The notes under the pieces were generated by a model. It did no database searches, was not told the DNA's origin, and was given only the letters and a program-made list of their open reading frames with translations. The position numbers were made by a program, and so were the translations under genes. 64,000 bases of DNA from Cytophagales bacterium (lineage in GTDB: Bacteria; Bacteroidota; Bacteroidia; Cytophagales; JAAEPT01): positions 2,415,060-2,479,059 of the forward strand of contig CBDDKZ010000005.1 of the NCBI GenBank assembly GCA_965230415.1, written 5' to 3'. This document shows positions 10,423 to 20,435 of the stretch, piece by piece. Numbering within the stretch: position 1 is the first letter of the stretch; each line of letters begins with the position of its first letter.

Positions 10423-11217
10423 ATGGAGTATAAAGTGCCAACCATGGCCGAAATGGCCGCCGCCGGTAAAGTACCTGACGTATTGTTTTGGGTAGGCTGT
10501 GCAGGATCTTACGATGAAAGGTATAAGCGAGTAACAGTAGCTTTTTCGCAAATACTTCTTGAGTTAGGAATAGACTTTGCCATTTTGGCCGATGAAGAAA
10601 CTTGTACGGGAGATCCCGCAAGACGCGCAGGAAACGAGTTCTTATTCCAGATGCAGGCGATGGCCAATATACAGGTGCTGGATGCCTATGGTATTGGTAA
10701 AATAGTGACGGCATGCCCTCATTGCTTCAATACCATGAAGAACGAATACCCGGATCTGGGAGGAAATTATGATGTGGTACACCACGCAAGTTTTCTGCAA
10801 GAGTTAATAGATAGCGGAAAGCTCAAAATAAGTGGTGGAGCCTATAAAGGAAAGAAGATCACTTATCATGATTCTTGTTACCTCGGACGTGCCAATAATG
10901 TGTATGAAGCTCCTCGTAATGTAGTAGAGGCCCTGGATGCCGATCTCGTTGAGATGAAAAGCTGTCGTACCAAAGGTTTATGTTGTGGAGCCGGAGGTGC
11001 TCAGATGTTTAAAGAACCGGAAAAAGGAGAAGAAGATATCAATGTTGCCCGAACAGAGGAGGTAGTAGATTCTGGTGCTGAAGTGGTTGCGTCGGCTTGC
11101 CCGTTTTGCATGACTATGCTTACCGATGGTGTAAAAGTCAAAGAAAAGGAAGCACAAATTAAAGTATTAGATATAGCCGAATTGGTACGTGAATCTCTTA
11201 ATAAGGATAAGCATTGA
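10423..11217 (+). CDS. (Fe-S)-binding protein with two CCG cysteine-rich domains (HdrD C-terminal / LutA / GlpC-like)
   Basis: 264 aa with two CCG-type motifs (CPHCFNTM...CYLGR and CCGAGG...CPFC). It is probably co-transcribed with the previous gene. Confidence 0.7.
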   Translation: MEYKVPTMAEMAAAGKVPDVLFWVGCAGSYDERYKRVTVAFSQILLELGIDFAILADEETCTGDPARRAGNEFLFQMQAMANIQVLDAYGIGKIVTACPHCFNTMKNEYPDLGGNYDVVHHASFLQELIDSGKLKISGGAYKGKKITYHDSCYLGRANNVYEAPRNVVEALDADLVEMKSCRTKGLCCGAGGAQMFKEPEKGEEDINVARTEEVVDSGAEVVASACPFCMTMLTDGVKVKEKEAQIKVLDIAELVRESLNKDKH

Positions 11218-11329
11218 GGCGAACAATCATAAAAACTTGAAAAATTCTTTTTTGATGTCTTGTATATCCTCATTATTAGTTACATTAGACCATATAAAAC
11301 TTTATCCGAGCATTAGCTGTTATTAGCGT

Positions 11330-11809
11330 ATGATTTCTACCCATTTAGATATAAATAAATCCAGAGTTTGGATATATCAGTCTTCCCGCACATTTACTGA
11401 TGATGAAGTGAGTAAAATTGAACTTATGTTACAGGACTTTGTCAGAAATTGGTTAAGTCACGGGGCTCCGGTACACGGCAACTTTGAAGTTAAAAAGAAT
11501 CGATTTATCGTTTTAATGGCCGACGAGTCAGACGATCGACTTGGTGGTTGTTCTATAGACAGCTCTACGCATATTATTAAAACTATAGAACAGGAAATTC
11601 AAATCAGTTTGTTAGATAAAAGTCTGCTGGCATTTTTGGTTAATGACGAAATAAAAACAATTCCACTAATTGATATAAAGAAAAGTGTAGAAAAAGCAGA
11701 AATTAGTGAGGATACACTCTATTTTAATAATTCCATTACCAGCTTGAAAGAATATGGAGAGTCCTGGCTTACGTCGGCTTCGCAAACATGGTTATCTCGC
11801 TACTTTTAA
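11330..11809 (+). CDS. Conserved hypothetical cytoplasmic protein
   Basis: 159-aa ORF with coding-like composition. I recognise no domain with confidence. Confidence 0.45.
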   Translation: MISTHLDINKSRVWIYQSSRTFTDDEVSKIELMLQDFVRNWLSHGAPVHGNFEVKKNRFIVLMADESDDRLGGCSIDSSTHIIKTIEQEIQISLLDKSLLAFLVNDEIKTIPLIDIKKSVEKAEISEDTLYFNNSITSLKEYGESWLTSASQTWLSRYF

Positions 11810-11901
11810 TGCTCAAAATCAAATATTAGAGCATTTTTGTACGTTGAATTAGAAATGACATAAAATTTACTTAAATTCCTATTCGATTCATTTTAGGGCG
11901 T

Positions 11902-14115
11902 ATGAGATTTATATTTCCATTTATTCTGTTGGTTTTACTTTGCTCCTCGTGCGTAGATAAGGCTACGTCTTATTTGCAAAAAGGAAAATTGGAATTTAAC
12001 AGGGCAGAATATGAACCGGCCATAGAGCACCTAAAAGAAGCATTGGAGCATGGAAAAAAGCAAAATGTTTCAAGGAGTTTCATCGCTGATGCAAACTTTC
12101 ATATTGCCGAATCTTATCGTCGGTCTAATCGAATTAACGAGTCTGAATACTTTTATAAAGACGCTGTTAAAAATGGATACATAGATGAGCATGCCGATTT
12201 TTGGGTGGCTTACGCTATGAAAGTGAATGGCAAATATGAAAGTGCACGTGTTCAGTTTCGGCGTTACATCAAAATGGGCACTAACGATGCCTACGTTGAA
12301 CGGGCAAAGCATGAGCTTAAAAACTTGGATGAACTGGCTAAGATCTATTATAAGAGAGCACAGTTTAAGGTGAAAAATATGGCAGAGCTAAACACCGATG
12401 GCGTCGAATATTCACCTATGATGTACAACGACCGCACCATGTATTTTACTTCTTCACGCGGTGAAGGGCCTGTTTATCAAGGGCACGGAACTCGTTTTAC
12501 CGATATTTTTGAGTGGCGATTCGATGGTGCAACATCGACTTCTGGCGTTGATGTTCCTCTTAATATATTGGTGAATGATCCGAAAAGACATGAAGCGACG
12601 GTGACCTTTTCGCCGGATAAGCAAACAATGATATTTTCCAGAAGCTCCAATGGAAAAGCAAATGACATCACACAAGAAATAGACCTATTCGAATCAAAAC
12701 TAATAAATGGTGATTGGTCAGAACCTAAGCGCCTGCGCTTTTCATTGAGCAATTATTGGGATTCTAATCCTTTTTTAAGTCCTGATGGCAAAACACTTTA
12801 TTTTGCTTCGAACAGACCAGATGGCTATGGGGGGGACGATCTTTGGAAGGTAAGCCGGGAATCGGACGGAACGTGGGGCGAAGTCAAGAATTTGGGCAAA
12901 AATATCAATACCGAAGGCGATGAACAATTTCCGTATCTGGATAGGCGCGGGAATTTTTACTTTGCTTCCGATGGACACCCGAGTTTTGGGGGGCTCGATA
13001 TATTTGTCTATGAAAAGGATGAAGAAGGACATCGACATGTTCGAAATATTGGTTTATCGGTGAACTCTAAATGGGATGATTTTGGCATTATTTTTACAAA
13101 GCGTGATCAGGGATTTTTCTGTTCTAACAGACCGGAGGGCAAGGGAAATGACGACATTTATTACTTTGAGTACGACTTTGAGCCTAAATATTACCTGGAA
13201 GGATCGGTGAAAGGAAAAACCCTGGGTAAATACAATACGGTTACAAATACGTTGAAGATCCTCCCTAATAGTTTGATTATTCTTAAGGATGCAAGAGGTA
13301 TGGAACTGGAAACAGCAATATCCGATTCGCTGGGTTATTTTATCTTTGAAGTGGAACCTGAGAAAAATTATAACCTGCACGCGGAGCATGAAGGTTACCT
13401 GGCTCGTGATCAGATTTTTTCAACAATGGGAAAATCAGTTGCTTCGTCACATAATGATGACGTTTTTTTCGAAACGGAATTAATATTAGACCCGATTGGT
13501 GAAAACGTTGTGGTGGAGTTTCCTCCTATATTTTACCCTTACAATAGCTGGGATATAACACCCAAGGCCGAGGAAGTACTCATGGAAATGGTAGATGTTA
13601 TGAAGAAGAACCCTACCATACTTGTGGAACTGGGTTCGCATACCGATGCCAGAGGTACCGCAGAATTTAATAAAAAATTATCGCAGAACAGAGCAGAGTC
13701 GGCTGTTGAGTGGATAATATCGAAAGGGATAGCTAAAGATCGACTCACAGCAAAAGGATATGGAGAACAAGAACCTCTCCGTTTGTTAAAAGATACCCTC
13801 ATGTTTACACAGGGTATGGTTTTAACGGAGCTTTATCTGGATTCATTGCTACAGGTGGGGGATACGCTAATAGCCGAAACCGGGCATCAATTAAATCGAA
13901 GGTCAGAATTTAAGATTGTCGGACAAATTGAAAAACCGGTAGACCTGGAAAATATTGAAGTAATTGATTCGGGGAAGAAAGAAGCTATTATAGAAAAGCA
14001 AAAACTCAAATATGAACAAGTGATAATGAACAGGTACCTGCAAAAAAACAAGATTTTGGAAAACGAAGCTGACGCAGGTGAACCTGTTAATGATGAATTG
14101 CAAGCTCCGGATTAA
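11902..14115 (+). CDS. OmpA-family outer-membrane lipoprotein with N-terminal TPR repeats and a TolB-like WD40/beta-propeller region
   Basis: A lipoprotein signal (LLCSSC) is followed by TPR and then repeated propeller blades (YFTSSRGEG, YFASNRPDGYGGDDLW, YFASDGHPSFGGLDIF, FFCSNRPEGKGNDDIY). The C-terminal OmpA domain has LGSHTDARGTAEFNKKLSQNRAESAV. Confidence 0.8.
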   Translation: MRFIFPFILLVLLCSSCVDKATSYLQKGKLEFNRAEYEPAIEHLKEALEHGKKQNVSRSFIADANFHIAESYRRSNRINESEYFYKDAVKNGYIDEHADFWVAYAMKVNGKYESARVQFRRYIKMGTNDAYVERAKHELKNLDELAKIYYKRAQFKVKNMAELNTDGVEYSPMMYNDRTMYFTSSRGEGPVYQGHGTRFTDIFEWRFDGATSTSGVDVPLNILVNDPKRHEATVTFSPDKQTMIFSRSSNGKANDITQEIDLFESKLINGDWSEPKRLRFSLSNYWDSNPFLSPDGKTLYFASNRPDGYGGDDLWKVSRESDGTWGEVKNLGKNINTEGDEQFPYLDRRGNFYFASDGHPSFGGLDIFVYEKDEEGHRHVRNIGLSVNSKWDDFGIIFTKRDQGFFCSNRPEGKGNDDIYYFEYDFEPKYYLEGSVKGKTLGKYNTVTNTLKILPNSLIILKDARGMELETAISDSLGYFIFEVEPEKNYNLHAEHEGYLARDQIFSTMGKSVASSHNDDVFFETELILDPIGENVVVEFPPIFYPYNSWDITPKAEEVLMEMVDVMKKNPTILVELGSHTDARGTAEFNKKLSQNRAESAVEWIISKGIAKDRLTAKGYGEQEPLRLLKDTLMFTQGMVLTELYLDSLLQVGDTLIAETGHQLNRRSEFKIVGQIEKPVDLENIEVIDSGKKEAIIEKQKLKYEQVIMNRYLQKNKILENEADAGEPVNDELQAPD

Positions 14116-14120
14116 TAATT

Positions 14121-14492
14121 ATGGCTTATGACGAATACCTGGTGGAGCGAATTACCAGGGTTTTACAAGATAGAAAGGCAAATTTTTTTTCTAAGAACAT
14201 GATGGGCGGCCATGTATTCATGGTTGACGATAAGATGCTTTGCGGAACACACCTGGATAAAAAGTACGGAGCAAGTCTATTAATGGCGCGTATTGGTGAA
14301 GCTGCTTATGAAGAAGAAATTGAGCGTCAGGAATGCCTGCCTATGGACTTTACCGGCAGACCAATGAGAGGTTACATTTATATTACACCAGATGGTTTCG
14401 ATATGGATGAAGATCTTGAATATTGGATTGATAAGTGTTTGCACTTTAACCCCTTGGCTAAGGCCAATAAAAAGCGAAACCCTAAGAAATAA
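14121..14492 (+). CDS. TfoX/Sxy N-terminal domain protein
   Basis: 123 aa. MAYDEYLVERITRVL...MMGGHVFMVDDKMLCG resembles the TfoX N-terminal domain. Confidence 0.65.
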   Translation: MAYDEYLVERITRVLQDRKANFFSKNMMGGHVFMVDDKMLCGTHLDKKYGASLLMARIGEAAYEEEIERQECLPMDFTGRPMRGYIYITPDGFDMDEDLEYWIDKCLHFNPLAKANKKRNPKK

Positions 14493-14707
14493 ATCCTAAT
14501 TTCAGAATAAATAGTAGGGAGAAGACCAAAAAAAAGATGCCCCCGCGAAGGAAGGCATCCATATTACAACCCCAAAAAATCTACTTATGAAATAATTTGA
14601 ATCATTAAGAGACCTATTACCCATTAAGAGGATACACTTAAATGATTCATTCCAACTAAGTATTACTCTATCATCGGAAAAACGGTACTGCGGTATACAG
14701 GTGATAC

Positions 14708-14741
14708 AAAAAAAAACGAGTTGTTTATTAAACAACTCGTA
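14708..14741 (-). terminator. Rho-independent terminator downstream of the small minus-strand gene at 14786..15001
   Basis: A perfect 11-bp stem (acgagttgttt / aaacaactcgt) with a 4-nt loop. On the minus strand it is followed by a 9-nt U-run (the A-run at 14708-14716 on the + strand). Confidence 0.5.
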
Positions 14742-14785
14742 CTGCTACTCTGGATAATTGGTGATTTTTGGGTTTAATATTTGGG

Positions 14786-15001
14786 TTAGCAGAGTAGTTC
14801 AGGTTTGTATTCAACTCCCAGTTTATGTCTATACCATTTGTAAGCTTCCTCGGTTTCTTTTTGATTGGGCTTCTTTAGGTTTTTTTGAGTTTCATTGGCT
14901 TGTTTTATGTGCTTATTATTCGTAGCACCCGATGTTTTTGAGTTGTTGGCCAGGCAGTTGAAAGAAACGAATAGGGTTAGGGCTACGATTAGTGGTTTCA
15001 T
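14786..15001 (-). CDS. Small secreted hypothetical protein
   Basis: 71 aa with an N-terminal signal peptide (MKPLIVALTLFVSFNCLA) and its own terminator. Confidence 0.4.
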   Translation of the reverse strand: MKPLIVALTLFVSFNCLANNSKTSGATNNKHIKQANETQKNLKKPNQKETEEAYKWYRHKLGVEYKPELLC

Positions 15002-15262
15002 TATATGATTATTTTAATGTGATGTTATATTATTTTACGGGAGAAGAAAGGGTGGGTTAGTGTTCAAATGACAAAAAAAGCTGAGTGTGTCAAAAAAGTA
15101 GTTGAATCATAAGGAAAACCAGATGAAATTGACTCTGAACGTTATCAAAGCTTTTTAAGGGTTGAATACTGACTTTTGTCATGGTATACTATATATATTT
15201 ATATAATCTTATAGAAAATAGTTGCGGCTTTTCTGCAATATTTTTTTAAGATTCAGTATTTA

Positions 15263-15766
15263 ATGGGGGAATTAAAGTTAAGGTTACGCTTTGATGTTGA
15301 TGTTGAAATGAACATTGCTGACGTACGTAGTTTATTAAAAGCTCGTTTAACGAATAAAGTTGATCAGATTCACGGACACGTTTCAAACAATCATTGTACT
15401 ATTAAATTACCGCTGCAAGACAGAAGTTTTTGGTCTCCACAATTAGAATTGTCTTTGTACGAGCACGATGGTAGAACGAACATTAAAGGCGTATTTGGTC
15501 CACAGACCAATTTGTGGTTGTTATTTATGTTTTGTTACATGGTATGTTCTTGTGTATTACTATTTGGGCTCACCATAGGCTTTAGTCAGTTGACTATAGG
15601 TAAGAGCCCTTATGGTTTTTTGGGCATAATAGTATCATTGGTCAGTATTATGACGCTTCATCTGACTTCAAAGTATGGACAAACCAAAACCAGGCATCAA
15701 ATTGACGACTTGATGTTTTTTTTAAAGAATGCCCTGTCGTTAAGAGATATTAGTGCGCCGGAATAG
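15263..15766 (+). CDS. Hypothetical membrane protein
   Basis: 167 aa with two or three predicted TM helices in the middle region. Confidence 0.45.
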   Translation: MGELKLRLRFDVDVEMNIADVRSLLKARLTNKVDQIHGHVSNNHCTIKLPLQDRSFWSPQLELSLYEHDGRTNIKGVFGPQTNLWLLFMFCYMVCSCVLLFGLTIGFSQLTIGKSPYGFLGIIVSLVSIMTLHLTSKYGQTKTRHQIDDLMFFLKNALSLRDISAPE

Positions 15767-15855
15767 TTTCTTGAACCCCGTAGACTGTGAAAATGTAGCT
15801 TAATAAAGCCTTTAATTTAATAACTGGTGAAATTTGCGCGTCTAACTTTTCCGTG

Positions 15856-16236
15856 CTATGCAACTGCACTAAAATCGAACTGATCTAACTTCGATGTGAG
15901 GTAGATGTTTCGAATACCTTCGAATTGAAGAGATCTAATGAGCTCATGCCCAATATCATCTGTACTATAAAGGATAATCGGAAAACGCAATAAAACTATT
16001 TCCATTAATAGATCTGATACACCCATTCCAGGAATTCCAGCGTTTATTAAGAGTAAGTTTGGTTGTTTATTTTTAATGTTTTCAAGTACCTCTTCTTCAT
16101 TGTCAAAATAAGACATGTTATCAAAACTGAATTTCTGCAATTTGCCCCATGTATTATCGTCAATGCTGTTTTGATCGATAACAAAAACTGATTTCATCAT
16201 AAATATACGTTTAGTAATATCTTGTCGGTTGCCCAA
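15856..16236 (-). CDS. Stand-alone receiver-like (REC) domain protein, probably a pseudo-receiver
   Basis: (beta/alpha)5-like pattern MMKSVFVIDQ...LLLINAGIPGMGVSDLL...ILYSTDD...YLTSK. The phospho-acceptor position appears to be N/A rather than D. The real start is probably the internal ATG near 16200. Confidence 0.45.
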   Translation of the reverse strand: MGNRQDITKRIFMMKSVFVIDQNSIDDNTWGKLQKFSFDNMSYFDNEEEVLENIKNKQPNLLLINAGIPGMGVSDLLMEIVLLRFPIILYSTDDIGHELIRSLQFEGIRNIYLTSKLDQFDFSAVA

Positions 16237-16281
16237 AAAGAGCAGGCTAATATGTATTTTACGTAAATAAGTGAGCGGGAG

Positions 16282-16737
16282 TTATTGGTCATTTCTTAGT
16301 GCGTTAAAAAATGTTTGTATTATCTGCTCACATTCTCTTGCCATTATACCCGATTCTACCTGGGTTTTGGGGTGTAAAAGGTGTTTTCCTATTTTTGAGT
16401 ACCCTCGTTTTTCATCCGAAGCACCGTAGACGAGTTTTCCGAGCTGAGCCCAATATAAAGCACCTGCACACATGTTACAAGGTTCTAACGTAACGTAGAG
16501 CGTGCAATCGTTTAGGTATTTACCATTTAGGAAGTTTGCTCCGGCTGTTATCGCAATCATTTCTGCATGAGCAGTAACATCGGTCAGTCTTTGAGTTTGG
16601 TTGTGAGCACGGGCAATTATTCTGTTTTTGGAAACAAGGACAGCGCCTACGGGGACCTCTCCTTCTTCCAAAGCCTTGTGCGCTTCGTTAATAGCTTGCT
16701 TCATAAAATGGTCGTCGCTATAAACAGAAAGTTCCAT
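16282..16737 (-). CDS. tadA: tRNA-specific adenosine deaminase TadA
   Basis: CDA-fold zinc motifs HAEMIAI and PCNMCAGAL are present in a 151-aa protein. Confidence 0.85.
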   Translation of the reverse strand: MELSVYSDDHFMKQAINEAHKALEEGEVPVGAVLVSKNRIIARAHNQTQRLTDVTAHAEMIAITAGANFLNGKYLNDCTLYVTLEPCNMCAGALYWAQLGKLVYGASDEKRGYSKIGKHLLHPKTQVESGIMARECEQIIQTFFNALRNDQ

Positions 16738-17009
16738 TAATCTACTTCTTCATACTCAACGTATTCTCCCCCTTTGTAATCGTTTGCTGTTTTACCAGCT
16801 CCTTTTCTACCCTTCGGGCGAAAACTTATATAAATATTACCAATACGGGTGCCACGCTCTCGTTGATCGTTACTTTGGTAACTATTAGTGTTGCGTTTTT
16901 GTTGGTTACTGGCAGCCTCATTACCAGTCAGTGTCTTATAAAAAAACTTAAAGACTCTGGTAATGAGGAAATAACCAATTATTACTACTAAGAGGAATTT
17001 TAACCACAT
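16737..17009 (-). CDS. Small membrane protein (DUF4834-like)
   Basis: 90 aa with an N-terminal TM helix and a basic/acidic tail ending EYVEYEEVD. It is wedged between carB and tadA. Confidence 0.45.
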   Translation of the reverse strand: MWLKFLLVVIIGYFLITRVFKFFYKTLTGNEAASNQQKRNTNSYQSNDQRERGTRIGNIYISFRPKGRKGAGKTANDYKGGEYVEYEEVD

Positions 17010-17011
17010 AA

Positions 17012-19825
17012 TTATCTACTCAGATAAAGGTTTCTTTTACTATAAATGTCCAAGAAGAACTCATCCTGCAGATCATCTATGAAATAGATTGCCTCACCGG
17101 TAGACTTCATTTCCGGCCCCAATTCTTTGTTTACGTTAGGGAATTTATTAAAAGAAAATACCGGAATTTTGATAGCGTATCCCTTCTTTACAGGGTTAAA
17201 TTCAAAATCACCTACTTTCTTTTCTCCCAGCATAACTTTGGTGGCGTAGTTCACATATGGTTCTTGGTACGCTTTTCCTATAAATGGAACAGTTCTGGAG
17301 GCCCTTGGGTTCGCTTCGATGATATAAACTTTATCGTTTTTAATTGCGAATTGAATATTAATTAAACCAACGGTATTTAGGGCCACCGCTATTTTTTCAG
17401 TATAGGTTTCTATTTGTTCCATTACAATGGCTCCCAAGCTATAAGGAGGTAATACAGCGTATGAATCACCAGAATGTATTCCTGCCGGTTCTATGTGCTC
17501 CATTATTCCTAAAATTTGTACACTTTCCCCGTCGCAAAGTGCATCAGCTTCAGCTTCAATAGCTCCATCGAGGAAGTGATCTAACAATATTTTGTTTCCG
17601 GGGATATCTTTGAAGATGTTAACAACGTGCTCTTCAAGTTCCTTGTCATTAATAACAATTTTCATGCCTTGCCCTCCAAGTACGTATGAAGGTCTAACCA
17701 GCATCGGGTACCCAATTTTACTGCTGATTTCCAGCGCCTCATCAGCCGTTTCAATAGCGCCATATTCCGGATATGGAATTTCGAGCTCTTTTAGCAAGTC
17801 CGAAAATCTACCCCTGTCTTCGGCTAAGTCCAAAGAATCAAAGCTTGTTCCAATTATTTTTATGCCGTACTTATCCAGTTTTTCAGCCAATTTCAAAGCC
17901 GTTTGACCACCCAGCTGAACAATTACACCTTCTGGTTTTTCATTAAGTATAATGTCGTAAATATGTTCCCAGAAAACAGGTTCGAAGTATAATTTGTCAG
18001 CGGTATCAAAATCTGTGGATACTGTTTCAGGATTACAGTTGATCATCACAGTTTCGTAGCCACATTCTTTAGCAGCTAGAACACCATGTACGCAGGAATA
18101 ATCGAACTCAATACCTTGGCCAATGCGATTAGGTCCTGAGCCTAATACTAAGATTTTTTTCTTGTCACTTCTTATGGATTCATTTTCACCGTCAAAGGTT
18201 GAGTAGTAGTAGGGAGTTTTAGCTTCAAATTCAGCCGCACAGGTGTCTACCAATTTGAAGACCCTTTTTATCCCTAATTCGTGACGGCGATTGAAGACTT
18301 CGCTTTCCCAGCAGTTGACCAAATGTGCTATTTGGCGGTCTGCGTATCCTTTTTGTTTCGCTTCTCGAAAGAGATCTTCAGGCAGATCTTTGATCGTGTA
18401 ATTGGAGATTTCTCTCTCCAACATCACTAACTCTTCCAGTTGGTTCAAAAACCAAGGGTCGATTTTAGTGATATTTTGAACAGTTTTTGTGGGAATGCCC
18501 AAAGCAAGCGCATCACGCAAATGAAACAATCTGTTCCATGTTGGATTGGCCAGGCTTTCAAGAATTTGTTCTTGATTGCGCAATTCTTTTCCATCTGCAC
18601 CAATTCCATTTCGTTTGATTTCTAGAGACTGACATGCCTTTTGAAGTGCTTCCTGGAAATTGCGGCCTATACCCATTACCTCACCTACAGCCTTCATTTG
18701 AAGACCTAAACGCTTATCAGAACCTGGGAATTTATCGAAGTTCCAACGTGGAATCTTCACAATTACATAATCCAATGTTGGTTCAAAAAATGCAGATGTG
18801 TTTTTTGTGATCTGGTTTTTCAACTCATCTAAGGTGTAGCCGATAGCCAATTTAGCGGCAACTTTTGCGATAGGATACCCGGTTGCTTTTGATGCCAGTG
18901 CCGAAGAACGTGATACCCTCGGGTTAATTTCAATAACTATGATCGACTCATCTTCCGGGTTAACAGCGAACTGAATATTACATCCTCCCGCGAATTCACC
19001 AACCGAGTTTACTATTTGTATTGCCTGATCACGCATTCTTTGGAAGCATGTATCAGAAAGTGTCATTGCCGGAGCAACAGTAATGGAATCACCAGTGTGA
19101 ATCCCCATTGGATCGAAATTCTCAACGGTACAAACGATGATAAAGTTTCCTAAATCATCACGCATCAATTCGAATTCATATTCTTTCCAGCCCAGAATAC
19201 TTTGTTCGATCAATACCTCGTGAACAGGAGATTTATGCAGTCCATTATTTAATGCTTTGTCGAATTCTTCGGGTTTATTAACAAACGCGCCACCTGCTCC
19301 ACCAAGAGTATAAGACGCTCTGATAATCAACGGGAATCCGATTTCCTGGGCAATCTCTTTACCCTGCAAAAATGATGTTGCCGTTTTTCCTTTACAAACA
19401 CCTAGTCCTTTTTCAATCATCAGCTGCCTAAATACTTCGCGATCTTCAGCTGTTTCGATGGCTTTAGTGTCTACACCTATCATGCGGACATTGTATTTTT
19501 CCCAAATACCCGCTTTTTCACAGTCCATGGCAAGATTGAGTGCCGTTTGCCCGCCCATAGTCGGCAAAACAGCATCAATTTGATGCTTTTCAAGTACTTC
19601 TATAATCGACTTCTTTTCCAAGGGTCTAAGGTAAACATTATCTGCTGTGACCGGATCGGTCATAATTGTCGCTGGATTGGAGTTAATCAGCGTAACCTCA
19701 ATTCCTTCTTCCCTCAAGCTTCTTGATGCTTGTGATCCGGAGTAATCAAACTCACAAGCCTGGCCAATTACAATTGGGCCACTTCCTATAATTAATACTG
19801 ATTTTATGCTATTGTCTCTAGGCAT
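17012..19825 (-). CDS. carB: Carbamoyl-phosphate synthase large subunit
   Basis: 937 aa with duplicated ATP-grasp halves (MPRDNSIKSVLIIGSGPIVIGQACEFDYSG... and ...KKILVLGSGPNRIGQGIEFDY) and a C-terminal MGS-like domain. Confidence 0.97.
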   Translation of the reverse strand: MPRDNSIKSVLIIGSGPIVIGQACEFDYSGSQASRSLREEGIEVTLINSNPATIMTDPVTADNVYLRPLEKKSIIEVLEKHQIDAVLPTMGGQTALNLAMDCEKAGIWEKYNVRMIGVDTKAIETAEDREVFRQLMIEKGLGVCKGKTATSFLQGKEIAQEIGFPLIIRASYTLGGAGGAFVNKPEEFDKALNNGLHKSPVHEVLIEQSILGWKEYEFELMRDDLGNFIIVCTVENFDPMGIHTGDSITVAPAMTLSDTCFQRMRDQAIQIVNSVGEFAGGCNIQFAVNPEDESIIVIEINPRVSRSSALASKATGYPIAKVAAKLAIGYTLDELKNQITKNTSAFFEPTLDYVIVKIPRWNFDKFPGSDKRLGLQMKAVGEVMGIGRNFQEALQKACQSLEIKRNGIGADGKELRNQEQILESLANPTWNRLFHLRDALALGIPTKTVQNITKIDPWFLNQLEELVMLEREISNYTIKDLPEDLFREAKQKGYADRQIAHLVNCWESEVFNRRHELGIKRVFKLVDTCAAEFEAKTPYYYSTFDGENESIRSDKKKILVLGSGPNRIGQGIEFDYSCVHGVLAAKECGYETVMINCNPETVSTDFDTADKLYFEPVFWEHIYDIILNEKPEGVIVQLGGQTALKLAEKLDKYGIKIIGTSFDSLDLAEDRGRFSDLLKELEIPYPEYGAIETADEALEISSKIGYPMLVRPSYVLGGQGMKIVINDKELEEHVVNIFKDIPGNKILLDHFLDGAIEAEADALCDGESVQILGIMEHIEPAGIHSGDSYAVLPPYSLGAIVMEQIETYTEKIAVALNTVGLINIQFAIKNDKVYIIEANPRASRTVPFIGKAYQEPYVNYATKVMLGEKKVGDFEFNPVKKGYAIKIPVFSFNKFPNVNKELGPEMKSTGEAIYFIDDLQDEFFLDIYSKRNLYLSR

Positions 19826-19983
19826 TTGCGCTCACCAAATTTTTGAAGTTCAAAATTCCACAAAGATAGATGGTCCAGCTGTTTTATGCAAAATCTTTAT
19901 GCTGATTGATTAAATAAAACGTAAAGGCTCCCCTGAGGAATTAATTACAGACCTTTTTTTAAAAAATGGGCTTTACGAAAATG

Positions 19984-20280
19984 TTAATTTAGTGAGAATT
20001 GAGGGATGTTCACATTTACCCCATCATGGAATGCCAACGGAAATATCTCGAATTCAATATGGTTGAATATGGGCAATTTTAATAAGTGCTCTACCACATC
20101 TTCTTCCGTTTCGGCGTAGTATACAATCCAAAGCTTACTACGATCTTCGGCAAGAGTGTAGTTCAATATCAGCCCTAGTTGCATTTGTTTTTCAACTTCC
20201 TTTCGTTGTTCCGGAATAAGCGATTCCAAAGCCTCGTCAATTTCTAAAGGCAAGTTGATGTCTACCATAAATTCGTACAT
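19984..20280 (-). CDS. Muconolactone delta-isomerase family protein (dimeric alpha+beta barrel)
   Basis: 98 aa. The pattern LW..YYAE...V.EHLLKLPIF..IEFEIFPL parallels the MIase motif LWR..G.Y..VFDV.S.E.LH..L..LPLFPYMDIDV.PL. The alignment is from memory. Confidence 0.45.
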   Translation of the reverse strand: MYEFMVDINLPLEIDEALESLIPEQRKEVEKQMQLGLILNYTLAEDRSKLWIVYYAETEEDVVEHLLKLPIFNHIEFEIFPLAFHDGVNVNIPQFSLN

Positions 20281-20435
20281 AGAAAGATGATTTTTGGTGT
20301 AATGTTACTGCTGCAAATTAAAAATAAGGACGATTGATCAAAGAATATCTTAGAAATTTTACCTAACAAGTTATCTACATTTTTATGTGATTAACCTGCC
20401 TTAGTATTTTAAGTTGTAGGTAAATCGTTGATAAT

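Noticed and set aside
17592-17906. 104-aa and 61-aa + strand ORFs inside carB
   Set aside because: They lie fully inside, and antisense to, the highly conserved carB coding region. They are spurious.
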